From Eledone cirrhosa (Eukaryota): 64,000 nt of DNA. Position numbers and translations under genes: made by a program. The stretch spans positions 278,566,001-278,630,000 of the forward strand of contig OZ024740.1 in the NCBI GenBank assembly GCA_964016885.1, in the 5' to 3' direction. Shown here one piece after another: positions 1 to 14,230 of this stretch. The notes below the pieces were generated by a model. The model did no database searches. It was not told the DNA's origin and worked only from the letters and a program-made list of their open reading frames with translations. Position 1 is the stretch's first letter. Each line of letters opens with the position of its first letter.

Positions 1-607
1 GTTGCTCCGGGGTTCAAATGTACAAATGTTGTTTCTTTGGCATTGACATTCTTTTGAGAGGTGGAAATTGCTTCGTTGTTTGTTTGTTTGTTTTTCTTTT
101 GTTTTTCATTTGTTTTGTTTTGTTTGTTCGTTTTTCTGTTTAAGCTTACCGGTCTATATATATATATATATATGTATATACTCATCCGATGGGGTGTGAA
201 TTATTTATCAAGGTATGTATCTAGTGAATCTGGTTTACTGGTGTTACAACTGTAGCTATTGTATATAAAGAATCTCTGACATGTTACAGTGTTGTTACTT
301 GAAATGGAGTCAAATGACATCTGTCAGAACTGTAGCAGCTTGCCGCTGCTGTTGTTGCTGTTGCTGCTACTGCTGTTGTTTTTTCTACTGCTACTGCTGA
401 GTTACCTCCTGGTTTGCATGATCCCGTAACTCCTGGAGGGGTTGTTGGGCGCCATATTGACATATGGCGTGTCTAGGACATTTTTAAATCTGGTGAAGCC
501 CATCCCTCTCTAGGTCTGAATACAGCAGATTTCTTCCAGAGAAGGATAGAGAGTAAGGAAGATGAAGAGAGAAAGATATATAGAGGAAGAATCGATCCCA
601 GTAATAG

Positions 608-730
608 AGTGGTACTCTTTTATCGACCTCGAAAGTTGACCTTGGTTGGATTTGAACTCAGAGAGCAGAAAGCCGAAACGAATACCGCAAATCATTCTAT
701 CTGACGTTCTAACGACTCTGCTAGTTCACC
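608..730 (-). mobile_element. Decayed tRNA-derived Nin/Deu-core SINE
   Basis: Reverse strand reads ctgagttcaaatccaaccaaggtcaactttcgaggtcgataaaagagtacc (B-box plus shortened core), matching the family seen at 29312 and 35633. Confidence 0.7.
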
Positions 731-928
731 GTAAGTAAGAAAGGACACATGATTTGCGAAGGCTGAATCAGATGAAATAGAATCGGGTGGTTGGCTGCAT
801 GCATGATTTAATACAATTGCTAGCTCTCTCATGTACTTAACGAATGCTTTAACTTTATTTTCAACTTAATTTTCTCTTAATTTTGTTATAAAAGAATGGG
901 GTTATTTTTTCAGTGGTTTTATTGAGCA

Positions 929-2115
929 CTAGCAGTGTATCCCCGCGTTGCACGAGTAAGAACACCTCCAATGAGAAACGTTGGTAATAACACCTCCAAT
1001 GAGAAACGTTTATTTGTGAGTGCCTGTTAAAAACTCACGAAAATATACGGACAGGAAACTTGTTTTATTTGGAGAAAATTAAGAAGTTGAAAGTACAGTT
1101 TAGCTGTCTACGCGCATTGTTCATAGAAATATTGTTGAGTCCCTTCTTTTCATACTCCTCTGTTTTTGGCCTTTTGGAGTAAATGTGAAAGAGAAAGTCA
1201 CAGGTTAAGTTGGCAGAAGGTTCCAGTGTCATAGCAGTAAGGCGTAGGCTACTTACCTCAAAGGTTAATTCGCATTCTTTCCCCTAAGTTACTCTTTCTC
1301 TCTATCCCTCTCGGTGCAGTCCCTTGCGAATTTCTCGCGTAGGCCTGGTGTAGATTTGCACCCGATCCATCTGCCCGATGCATATGTCCGCTTTGTACGG
1401 CTTTTGGAGGAAGGAGTGACCAGCAGTACGTTGTTCGGTATTATTACGAAAAGGTGTAGCACAGAATCCCGCGTGAACTAACAGCTCGGGAGGAAACTGC
1501 TTACCTCGAAGATTCATTTGCCATCGTTCTTGTCAACGCTCCGTTTACTTGGTATTTGTTGGTCTACAGCTAGATGAATGGCGCAGAAAGGGTTAATGTT
1601 TATTGGCAAGAAGTGCAACTGGGCTGCCTTGCCTCGTTTATATTATATATTAAAATAACAGATTAAAGTTCAAGCAAAGAATCGCTGCTTTCACCCTTAA
1701 CGGGATCTTCTGAAACTAAAAAATCAATCTGTGAACGCAGAAGTAAATATTTCGAAAAACGTTGCAACCGAAGATAAACAGGAAGACGATACTTTGGGTC
1801 GTGAAGACGTTCCCTGGCAATGAACGGATAATAGCGAACATAATACGTCATTAATGTTTGTCAGAATGTCGTAATGTAGACAGCCAGGCATACAGACAGA
1901 TATTATAAGGGCGCGACGGACATCGATAACCGGCGCCTAACACCCCTTTAACAACAGAAAATTGAAAAATAAAAGTTGCAGTTAATATCTTTAGACCGCA
2001 AGGAATATATAAATGCAAGTTTGAAGTCAATCTGAGTAGAAATGTGGATTTGTATAGACTTTGCAAAAATGAGGACACACACACAGACAACTGCAGTTTT
2101 ATATATATGTATAGA
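929..2115 (-). mobile_element. Non-autonomous Helitron
   Basis: Minus strand begins A|TCTATACATATATATAAAA (2116|2115) and ends with GC-rich hairpin CTCGTGCAACGCGGGG (941-956) then CTAG|T (932-929|928). These are canonical TC...hairpin-CTAG termini at an AT target. Internal 22-bp direct repeat at 961/989. Confidence 0.8.
1650..1855 (-). mobile_element. Family G PLE-like terminal repeat nested in the Helitron (HHR-like fold 1667-1717)
   Basis: Reverse complement of the 27490-27700 sequence; ends in a short TA tract. Confidence 0.7.
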
Positions 2116-2399
2116 TGATATCTGATTTTCTTTTATGACAATAATAGAATTGAAGGTTTATCAGTGCTCTAATGTTACTTTCTGCCCAATTATATAATTA
2201 GATGGAAAGGGAGATAATTAAGTTTTTTTAATCTTATTAGTAGTTATGGAATAATCAGGTTTGGAAGCAGGCAACTAATTTGTCAGTTATTTAATTTAAA
2301 TTTCATTTTTGTATTAAATTTTACTTCCGGAAAGACACGTTTTTTTTATAGTTTTGTTGTTAGTGTCAAAGATCAAACTATTAATAAAGGCATAAATAA

Positions 2400-2756
2400 C
2401 TGTATTAGTACATACACAGATACTTAGAATTGTAGGAAAGAAACATACATATTGGTATATATTTCAGGAGAGAATGGCTCAGGAAAGAATCGCTGAACAC
2501 ATTTTACTGGCAAAATCAACCGGCAGGAGACCCCGAGCAAGATGGTTGGATAACATCGCTTCAGAATCCAGCCGGATCAGTTGGAGACGTTTTCTTCTAA
2601 CAGGACCGCTGGACGGAATGATTGAGGACTCCGGTTCCACGGCCCTCTCAGAGAAGAAGAAGAAGAAGAAGAAGAAGAAGAAGAAGAAGAAGAAGAAGAA
2701 GAAGAAGAAGAAGAAGAAGAAGAAGAAGAAGAAGAAGAAGAAGAAGAAGAAGAAGA
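2400..2756 (+). mobile_element. RTE-clade LINE 3' end with (GAA)n tail
   Basis: RMAQERIAEHILLAKSTGRRPRARWLDNI resembles the RTE ORF C-terminus (GRPRxRWxDNI); (GAA)n at 2651-2756. Confidence 0.7.
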
Positions 2757-3216
2757 CTACAATGATATTTATAGTACAGCAGCCAATATATTATAGTGTG
2801 TAGCCCAACCTAACAGAAGGTTACAATTGACAGACAGAACAATATGATTATATTCAAACATAGTTAACACATCTAACAGATTTATTGGAGAATATAAACC
2901 ACCTGAAATTTTGTCGATTTGCATATCAGACATTTGAATACGTAATTAGTTAATTTACATATTATATTAAATATTCGACTGATTGTTCTAAAATACATAG
3001 TTTAATACAAGATATTATCTTATGAAGTTAGAAAATTTATCTTATGCTACTTAGAAAATTTGAGGGGGTTTTATTTCCCCATATTAATTACATTTACGGA
3101 TGAAATATTTGCTTAAAACAGATTTCAAGTGTCTGTTGTACAAATATACAATAAAATACTCATATGATTTGTTTATAAACTGAATATATGTATAAGGTGT
3201 GCGTTTAAGTTAATTT

Positions 3217-3293
3217 AACACTTTTCTATGATTCAAAACCGGTATTTTAAACAAAGTGTTTAAAATACCCGTTTTGAATCATAGAAAAGTGTT
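3217..3293. repeat. Palindrome, 37-bp arms, 3-nt loop
   Basis: 3217-3253 is the reverse complement of 3257-3293 with one mismatch; lies in a segment bounded by TA tracts. Confidence 0.9.
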
Positions 3294-3619
3294 TTGGTTA
3301 AATTGTTTTTCATGGCCGTTTTTGTTATATTTTGAATGAAATTAAAACCGCATTAAGTCCATAATACGTTGTCACATACAACTATCCTTCACTTAACGAC
3401 CAGATTCAGTTCCATCAACGTTGTTTTAAAACGAATTCGTTAGTAAACGTACAGCACACTGAACTACCAAAGTCTATTCCAAAGACCTGGTCGTAAATAT
3501 ATATATATATAGTTTTAATGTCATCCGACGGGGTATGAAGTTCATGAGAGTATAAAAAATTAACAAGTATCAGTTATATTTTAAATGAAATATCTGAATA
3601 AATGAAATATCTGAATAAA

Positions 3620-3806
3620 ATATTCACTTCTGCGTTCACAGATTGACTTTGTTAGTTTCAGAAGATCCCGTTAAGCAGCGATTCTTTGCTTAAACTTTAA
3701 TTTGTTATTTTAATAAATATTTACTCTACGGTTCTTATATATTTGATATATATTTATCCTTATCGAGCCCTCTTTGGATTTTAGTCTTCAAATGTATTAT
3801 TATTAC
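3620..3806 (+). mobile_element. Family G terminal repeat ending in (TA)n; HHR-like core partly deleted
   Basis: Colinear with 27600-27794 but lacks the gggtgaaa part of the stem II/GAAA segment. Confidence 0.75.
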
Positions 3807-4394
3807 TATATATATATATATATATACATAAATATGTATGTATGTATATGTATATATATATACATATGTATGGGTGTACGTGTCCGGTGTGGAAAGGGTG
3901 TGGTAGTGCGTAAGGGGTGGGAGAAGAGGGAGGAAGGCAAGCAAGAAAATTAGAGTCCGAGCGGGGATGGCGGAAGGTAAGGTGTGTGTGTATGTATAGA
4001 TGTAAGTGTGTATGTGTATGTGTGATACTTTGGTGGGGGGGGGGGTCATTCTGCCAATAAAAATGCACGCACTTGTTGGTTTTCACTTCAGTTTATTATA
4101 AATTTGCAGTCGGTTAATTTAATAACTGGATAATAAGTTATTTGATTAATGTCAAAGCTCTTTTGTCACACATTCTGAGACTTCCTTGGTGACTATTTTG
4201 GAAGTTTATAATAAATTGTGTGTAGATGTGAAATGGACTAGTGGATAAAATAAAGAATCACTTTATTAGCTTTTGTATCATTAATTGAATTTGTTGCTGA
4301 CGTTTCATTGTTTCTGGTCAGAATACTTATTCTTCTATTGCACCTCAGGTCACCTAATTGCCGAGGATACTCGTAAGAAATATTTAGGAATGAT

Positions 4395-4970
4395 ACAATA
4401 AGGGACTAAAATGGGGTTCCTTGGCAGTATCTTTGGGGTAATATCACTCGATAGAGTATGTAGCTTGGAGATCAGAGAGTCGTTCCACGCAGAGCCGCTA
4501 CTTCTCTGAAATAACAGCTCACAGCCCCGATAAAACTGACCTGTGGTTAGGATGTCTCAGGGAAAAAAAAAATCACTGGATAGATTTTACGGGCAGAACC
4601 AACCGGCAGAAATAGGCCCAGTGCAAGATGGTTGGGTAACATCCATGAGTTCTGTTGGTCTCGCTTGGGGATCCAATCGGGTCAGTTGGAGACTGTGGCT
4701 TCTGACAGAATCTGTTGGGAGGCGGTTCATAAGGACTCTTCCCCCACGATGTTGTGCTGTTCTTGTTTATATTGTATTGTTTATTTAGTTGTTTTGCTGT
4801 GACTGTTTGCGCTCGTGGAATTTCCTGTTGTTGGAGGCGGTTGCTTCTCCCAAATCCCGCTGAAAGACATGTTTGAGGACTTTGCCCCCACGACCCTCCC
4901 AAGAAGAAGAAGAAGAAGAAGAAGAAGAAGAAGAAGAAGAAGAAGAAGAAGAAGAAGAAGAAGAAGAAGA
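4395..4970 (+). mobile_element. Decayed RTE-clade LINE 3' end with (GAA)n tail
   Basis: Frames give KMGFLGSIFGVISLDRVCSLEIRESFHAEPLLL, VVRMSQ and AEPTGRNRPSARWLGNI; (GAA)n at 4901-4970. Confidence 0.7.
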
Positions 4971-5519
4971 CTAGATCGTCATATTATACAGAGAGCAGAT
5001 CAGAGCTAAGCATCGGCCATCTGGAAATAGAATAGGGTTCTCAGGACTTCAGAGCAGCCTGTTTATATATGTTGTGTGTGTAATTCTTATGACTGTTTAG
5101 CTATAGGTTTTCTCCGAAATTCTGAGGGAAAGAACATTGTTGGTCTTATCGTTGATTATTTTTATCGTTATTTTCATTATTTTCATCGTTATTTTCAGTA
5201 TTCCATTCTTTCATTGCATTTATGATCGTAGCTCCTTGTCTCGTGACAAACTTGATGTGCTAGCTTTTTTTCTATTGTAACACAAAACAAAGCATCATAT
5301 TATGCATAATATACGTAAAATATCGAATAGTAATATTTTTAAGTTGTGCTTGTGCATAAGTCTGAGTTATAAATATGTATGTGTGTGTGTGTGCGCGCGC
5401 GCACACGCTAGCATGTATGTATGCGCGCGTGTATATATGTGCATCTCTTTTTATCATCTTAGCGTTATCTTCTATTATGGAGATTTGTTCTGTTGAAATC
5501 CCCATATTATAGATAATAT

Positions 5520-7063
5520 TTCCAGGCCTGTATATTTAGATAGCTTTTTCCATTTTTTTTATAAATATAGAATCGTACACTGAAATTCATATGTTGATTC
5601 GGAGACATTTTTCTTGGTGCCCTTTGACAATATCAAGGTGATTTACTTTGATTTCTGTCTCGGTAAGCTGGTATATTTAGTTTCTTATTCTCAATAGCAC
5701 TTTCTGTTATATACTTGTATCATGTCGGTATTTTATAATAATGGCATAGTTTTCAGTACCTGAAACCTTCATCTATGTCAATATTGTCGATGTATTTCGC
5801 TTGGTTATGTCTGGACAGCTAGAAACAATGCGATTGATTGTTTCTTAAAAGCGTCTACATTCTATATAGTCTGTCAACTTTATTCATTATACGTTTTTGT
5901 TAATTTCTAGTTATAAGTCTTTATTCTTTTATCACAATCAAAATTCTTTCGTCTTAAGTTTGAATCCTGGACTTGTCATACAGTATTTATTTGTTCCATT
6001 CTCTATTTCCACTTCATCATGTCTTGTCGAGTATTGACCATTCTATTGTTTTTACATTCTCTTCGGTTTGTTTTTATTAGTTAGTATTCCCGAAGTAGAT
6101 ATAATATTGTTCGTGCTTTGTAGCTATTTCTATCTATTTCTTTTCATTCCTTACTAGATATTTATTCTAGTAGATATTTATAATATGTTTTTAAGCATTC
6201 GTAGTAAATATAGTCTTTCTGTATCAGCTTTTGAATGATGTCTTCAAAATATAATGATCATTTTTATTGTTTTCTTATCTATCCTTGTCGATTCATTTAA
6301 CTTCCACTTAAGAATAAAAGCAACTCTAGTGTATTCCTATAATAACTAAACTGCTATTTATTACCTTATGTTTAGCATTCATTCCATTCTAATTATCAAT
6401 TTGATATGTATATAACATTTTAACCCTCTGATTTCCACTTTTGTATAACGTACTCTGGCTAGTTCGTTGATTATCAAATGATAGTAAATGTTCATTTGTC
6501 TGACTCTCTTATCTCGGTTTCTTTATCTAACAAGATATTCCTGATTATTCTATTAACTTTTCTCTCTTCAATGTCTTGGAGTATATTTCCAAACTAAATA
6601 TCATACCAATTTCCCTATAGAATTCGAGAACCGTGTGTAATCGGTTTTCATTTGCTCGGCATCTACATTATACATCCAAATAGCTTGAGGCCAATCTTTT
6701 ACAGAAGAGTCTTCGTCGTTACCGTATAGCACTTGTATCTGCATCTAATTTGATTTATCAGTTTGGATAAATGTGTGTTACCACCAGACAGAAATTCAGT
6801 TGAGAGAAGGAATCCCCTTGATATATTCCTCTTAAGAGATTCCTAATTTGTTTACAGCATGCTCAATGTACCTGCTTCTTATGGCTACTGCCTTCCCCAC
6901 AGTTAATGCTTCCAGAGTATGTAAGGAATATTGTCAAAATCATAAATAACTTATAGCATGCTTAGAGACTTCTTTTTTATATAGAATCTTCTAGAATTGT
7001 TGTCGATCCGAATCTTTTCTTTACATTCACATTAGAATCTTCAGCATCCCTTCTGTTCTAGAA
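5520..7063 (-). mobile_element. Heavily decayed R4/Dong-like (RLE-type) non-LTR retrotransposon
   Basis: Minus-strand remnants RGIYQGDSFSQLNFCLVV (about 6780-6835, RT motif) and ETINRIVSSCPDI (about 5805-5845, CCHC region); many stops; probably continues beyond the hAT MITE. Confidence 0.55.
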
Positions 7064-7430
7064 CAGGGTTTCTCAACCTCGGCGATGTCACCCACTGGTG
7101 AGCAATTTCAACTGTTGGGTGGGAGATGAGTAATTGAACAGAAAATGGTGGATGATGATTAACTAAAATGAAAATGATGGGCGATATAGGATTTTGAGTA
7201 TTAAGAAGGTATTTCAACATGTGCTATCCAAAAAAGAATATTCAAAGGAGATATGCAAAGGACCTGTATAATAATAAAAAAACCGGAGGCTAAATGAGAA
7301 TACCGAACCAGTAACAAACTGTTACCAAACATTTTTTGTATGATTTTGTATATTTACTATGCAGGTGGGCGGTGGAAATGTTTTCCATGTGAGAGTGGGC
7401 GATGACACAAAAAGGGGTTGAGAACCCCAG
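7064..7430. mobile_element. hAT (Charlie/Buster-like) MITE
   Basis: TIRs CAGGGTTTCTCAACC / GGTTGAGAACCCCAG and a perfect 8-bp TSD ttctagaa at 7056-7063 and 7431-7438. Confidence 0.85.
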
Positions 7431-7679
7431 TTCTAGAAGAATGCTAATTGTTTTTTCTGATGAAATATATTTTCTTTTATTGCCTGACTTTATCTGCATG
7501 TTGGTTTTCCATGATTTTTACTTAGATTTTCCTGTGTCTATATAAGAGGTTTTTGGGAGATACTCTCTCTTATTGTGAATACTGTTGCTGCTTTTTGAGG
7601 CTTTGTTTTATTAGTGGATGCCCTTCCTAGCACCTACTCTTTTAGTTACATCTTACAATTCAAAGATTTACGTTATACC

Positions 7680-8480
7680 TATTCTAAACCGAAAACACAC
7701 AATATATAAATAAGTGGATAGAATGTATGAAGATGAATATCGGAATGATAATATTCACCTTTATTCGTGATAACAAGTGGTAAAGTATGTGGTGAGATAA
7801 GAAGAACTGAAAAGGAGCCGTATGTAGTGTGCAAGAAGGGCTGTGGAGTGAACTCAAATGCTTCATATGTATTTGGTGAGGGCATCGAAAACGTGGGGGT
7901 GTGGAGGAATTATTAAATAATGTGGCAGCTGCATTTAAGTATAAAGTATGTATGGAGAAAGCTACAGATGGAAAAGATGTTGAACTGGATGTTGGGATTG
8001 ATGTGAAGATAAAATGTGTTAAAACGTTTTGTTATTTTTGATTCATATTGATTAGAGAGGGTGGATCAGATGCCGCTATGTGCATGGAAAGTTCCGAGAA
8101 TTGTGTGCTAATGAGATGGGTGTTGTTAAAACTAAAGAGACATGTGTATGCTATATGTTAGAAAAGTGCCATGATTTGTAGGGTGGGTGAGCGAGAGAGA
8201 GGAAGGCTGACAATGAATTGCAGAGGATGATTGAAATATAATCAGTGAAGAATGTTGGGAAGGGAAATAGAGTGAGATGGTTTGGTCATGTGTTGAAAAA
8301 GGATGAAAGTGGCTAGGTGGTAAAAGAATAATGTGAAAGAACGTAAGGAAAGAAAATGGAGGAAGAAATAAAAGTCAAACTGATGTACAAACTTAAATCT
8401 GTGAACATACATCTCACTAAGCCCTAGCTTCTGACTGTGGGTGATAAGGAAATGTCTGCAAAGAACTATGAAAAATCTCG
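7680..8480 (+). mobile_element. Decayed RTE-like LINE C-terminal region
   Basis: Remnants VVCKKGCGVNS, IKCVKTFCYF, AWKV and RWFGHV in broken frames. Confidence 0.45.
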
Positions 8481-8714
8481 TCAAGTCTATCTTCGGGATC
8501 TAAGATCAAGATCCGTTCAAATATTCTATTCCCCTCCTTTAAAAATCCTGTCATCTGCACTAAATGCGGCTTGGTGTGTAAATATGCAGCTGATGAACTA
8601 AAGTGTCATTTAAAACAAAACCATAAAAATTAAACTGAGAAGTTTGTTGAACCTTCATACGTCGATATACGACGGGAGAGTTCATCATATATATATATAT
8701 ATGTATTTATATAT

Positions 8715-9022
8715 AAACAATGAGTTATATGGTTTGTTGATTATTCAGCAAAGTTAATTTTACAACAGATTAGAAGCACTCTACAGTATTTTTGGAGTAT
8801 CATTAATTGTGAGAATATTAATAAAAGGAAAATATTTTTATAAAACCATATTCATTTTATTATACGTATTTCAAGGGTACTAATATTTAAGTACGCTTTC
8901 GTCAGATAAAATATAATATTTAGTGTTAAGATAGTGACATATCTTCATGTGAACTTAATGGTATAAGCCCAATGAAGATAGTATCTTCATTGGGCTTATA
9001 CTATTAATCTGACGAAACCGTA
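8715..9022 (-). mobile_element. Family A (TA)n-anchored PLE-like element with central hairpin
   Basis: Diverged relative of 16651, 37371 and 37876. A 26-bp-arm hairpin at 8955-9007 is followed by a 15-nt inverted stub (9008-9022) and then (TA)n. Confidence 0.7.
8855..8911 (-). ncRNA. Type I hammerhead ribozyme (family A)
   Basis: UUUUAU CUGACGA AAGCGUAC-loop-GUACCCUU GAAA U ACGU A UA AUAAAA: 6-bp stem I, intact core, palindromic stem III loop, AUA site. Confidence 0.85.
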
Positions 9023-9055
9023 TATATATGTACATGCATATATATACATACATAC

Positions 9056-9125
<70 letters not shown>

Positions 9126-9182
9126 TTTATCTAAAGACATTCCATCCCGCCTGTCCCCTTAATCTATTTTATTTCTCATTCT

Positions 9183-9220
9183 TTCTTCTGATGAAGGACT
9201 AGCGTCCGAAACGTTAAAAC
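9183..9220 (+). ncRNA. Minimal hammerhead motif, weak stem I
   Basis: CUGAUGA A GGAC UAGC GUCC GAAACGUUA, inside a 9125-9305 element flanked by (TA)n. Confidence 0.6.
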
Positions 9221-9300
9221 CCTCTTCCTGCTATACCAAGCGTTAATCTAATATATACCTTCCATATACTGTACCGATTGTGTTGTTATTTCTGTTTACC

Positions 9301-9925
<625 letters not shown>

Positions 9926-10406
9926 AATTTAATATAGAAATGGCTTCTACAGGACTAGAACTGTTTCATTGGAAAGAAATCATTAGGATATATATATGTA
10001 TGTGTGTGTGTTTGTTTGTATGTGTGTGTGTGTGTGTGTGTGCGTGTGCGTGTGTGCGTGTGTGGGGGGTGTATCCAGGGTTGTTTATTGAATCATATAC
10101 GAAATGATTATATTTAATAAACATTATTTTAGCCTTACAATGAATTTCTCAAAATCTATGATCATATCACTGCTATTCTTAGCAGCAAACGGAGAGAACC
10201 ATGACAGCACCATTTCTGGATTATAATTCGTCATCAGGGGGGCTTACTCCTTCACTGTTAGTACAAAATAAGCTAAAAGCTTATAGTTTTTTGCTTATGA
10301 ACATCATTTGATGATGTTAATTCGCATGCAAAGCAAAAGCTGGCGGGCTCAAATTAATAAGCAGTATTAATGCTCTAACACGCTATGTAAAACATTACTA
10401 CTGCGC

Positions 10407-10829
<423 letters not shown>

Positions 10830-12275
10830 GAGATGTCACACTCTCTGAAATAGCAACGCCAACTTACTCGTGGATTTCATTTGTCAAATAGCCGATCATG
10901 TATAACTTCACAATGTTATCCCTCTTAGCTGTTGTCAACAGTATGTACTGTATTTAACAAGATTCATATCACACATCATTCCTTAAAACACATGACAGGT
11001 ATGGTTTTTGTTATTGTTGTTTTTTACAATATGGATATTATTTTGTTTTACTGCCTTCGGTTATATTGAACACAATACAATTATAATGCCGTTGGTCTTC
11101 TTAGACACAATCAATAAAACTTCAGATTATTTTTTTCTATTTTTTTTTATATATATTTCTAATTTCTTTATTCATTTTAGGTCCATTATTTTTTTTTTTT
11201 TACTTGTTTTCTTACACAAATACATTAGTTTTCTATGCATGGTAATAGGTAATGAAACAAATTTAACTATTGTTTTCTCACTCAGGCAGAAGATAGTGTC
11301 TTCGGATTTATTGGACAGAGAACACTGGTGATGTAAATGAAGTTAAAGAACGATACTTAAGACTTTAAAGTGTACACACATTCACAATATTATACAAAAT
11401 AGCTCTCGTAAATCAGCTACCAGCAATGATGTCTTTTTCGAAGCAATCTTCCCTCTAAGCTGAGTGAAATAACTTCATATATGTGTATATGTGTAGGGTG
11501 GGGTTAAACTTAAAGGAAGCCGTTACATTACGGATAAAGATCGTATATTGTCAAAGGTTTCTCTTTAAAATATCAAGTGAGATAATTCGATAATTCCCAT
11601 GGAGAATTTTGGAGAAGAGGGTGAACACTTTTTATCCATATTCCAATATGAAAGTTTGGTATGCAGCTATGAATAGAAATGTGTGTGAGTTACTTTGTAC
11701 AATATAATGTTGGAAATCTTAAATATCTTTTTTAAAAACTTTCTAAAAATGTTTCTAAACTATTGAAATCCAAATACTCAAAAATACAAGAGTCTTCATT
11801 ATGAGACGTATATACTGTGTGTGGTGGAGGGGAGGGGGATATCTAATATGTGTGTTTTTGCGCATGTATAGGTGAAAGAAAACAGGGCCAAGGGGGCCAA
11901 GGGGGGCCAAGGATTAGCAGGTCTGATGAGTGGGCATTTTGGAATGTGGGTTTCCAACTGGATAGGAGGTAGCTTTTAGATACTTATTTGGTGAGTACAA
12001 TCATTGCAAAATCCTAAACTTTTCACTGAGTTGTATGGCGTAGACTTCTCGAACCTCTTCCATGTTATTTCATGCGGTACTCATTTATCTTTTAACTCCC
12101 AGACGAAGGAATGTTGCACTGCGCTAAGAGAGAGTTTCGTCGCTACCATTGGTTTCAAATCCCGTATTTCTCTTGGTTTGAGCTGTGCACACCACATGTA
12201 AAACCCTCGTTTGAAGATCACTATTCTATAATATTCCAGCTATGTATATAACATAAAGCGCTCTGTTTTTCATCC

Positions 12276-12816
<541 letters not shown>

Positions 12817-12959
12817 CAATTGGAAAAACCAATGGAAACAATATTTTACTAACTAGAGTTTTTATGGGAACACCTGGTCTTTCAAATATTTTAATATTTA
12901 ATTTGAGCTTGTCTAGGGATTTCTAAATCTGTAAGCCAGTTCGCTTCTAGGGGTTGTAT

Positions 12960-13712
12960 TGACGAACATTACAGTTTGGTATTTATTGCTATCATACCAT
13001 AAGTTTATTAGTAAAACACCCATTTCAAAGATCCTCATACCCATTTCAAAGAAAGGAAATGCATAGTCTGCAACAAACTAAGCTCGCAAACTAACTGCAA
13101 AACTAGAAACGTAGGGGTACATTAGAAAACATAGAGATAAAAATCATATCCACACAGAGGAAAGATGCAATGCCCAGACAAATCACAGAGGCAACAAATA
13201 TAAACGAACACCAACTAAAATTAAACAAAACATGAGTGGAATAGCAACATCACAACTAGTAATTAAGGACAAAACGAAGACATACAGACACACACAAAAA
13301 CCAAACTAACAAAAGAAATCAGACACACACAGATAGAGCAAACTGCCAGCTAGTGACAAGTAAATAAACACATAAATAAATAAAAATATACACACACACG
13401 AATGTAACGCATGCGCAAACTAAGCACACAACACACAACACACAAAAACAAGATGGTGTAGGACAGAACAAAGAAGAGACACAAAATAGTCACTAAGGAG
13501 GTCACAGAATCTATGACGAAAGAGTGTTGACAATATATAAACAATCAACCCGTTATCGAACCAACCAACCGGAAATTTATAACAAATTGAAAGTGAAACT
13601 AACAGGTGCGTATGTTTTTATTGGCGGCATGACCCTCCCAAAGTATAACAATATCTGTTTCAACACACATTTTCAGATAAGAAATCTTGCAAAACAAATT
13701 CCAAAACTAAAT
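12960..13712 (+). mobile_element. Penelope-like element 3' remnant (GIY-YIG region plus 3' UTR, family D)
   Basis: CIVCNKLSSQTNCKTRNV (13060-13113) and KDAMPRQITEATNINEHQLKLNK (about 13160-13230) resemble the Cys linker and end of PLE GIY-YIG domains. The 3' 120 bp match 24520-24642; ends in TA. Confidence 0.6.
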
Positions 13713-13908
13713 ATATATATATACATTAAAACCAGAAACCCTCCATCTCAATTCTACTTTTAAAAGAATAAGAACTGTGAAACCGGTAAAGGAAATAAAT
13801 AAATATTCTTAAAAAGACTCCATTTGCATTTTCGATTTCTTTTCCTTGTACTTTCACCCGTGTAGGACATCTGTTGTTGTTTTTTATTTTAAAAAAAACT
13901 CATTTTCG

Positions 13909-13941
<33 letters not shown>

Positions 13942-14092
13942 AAAAATAAAAGTGCAAAAGCACAGAAGTATGTTTAAATCTTTTTAAATCCCACATATTA
14001 TCAATACACGCACATACACTCATGCTCACATACACATTATATACATGTCAGTGCGTATGTGTGTGTGTCTGCGTGTGTGTGTGAGCGCGCGC

Positions 14093-14220
<128 letters not shown>

Positions 14221-14230
14221 GTGCATGTAT

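Noticed and set aside
200-480. CAG/CAA-rich minus-strand segment resembling a poly-Q exon
   Set aside because: Stops in all frames and no recognisable motif.
10930-11340. Possible exon pair (cag|gtatgg at 10998, ctcag| at 11285)
   Set aside because: Splice-like signals only; short frames with no recognisable product.
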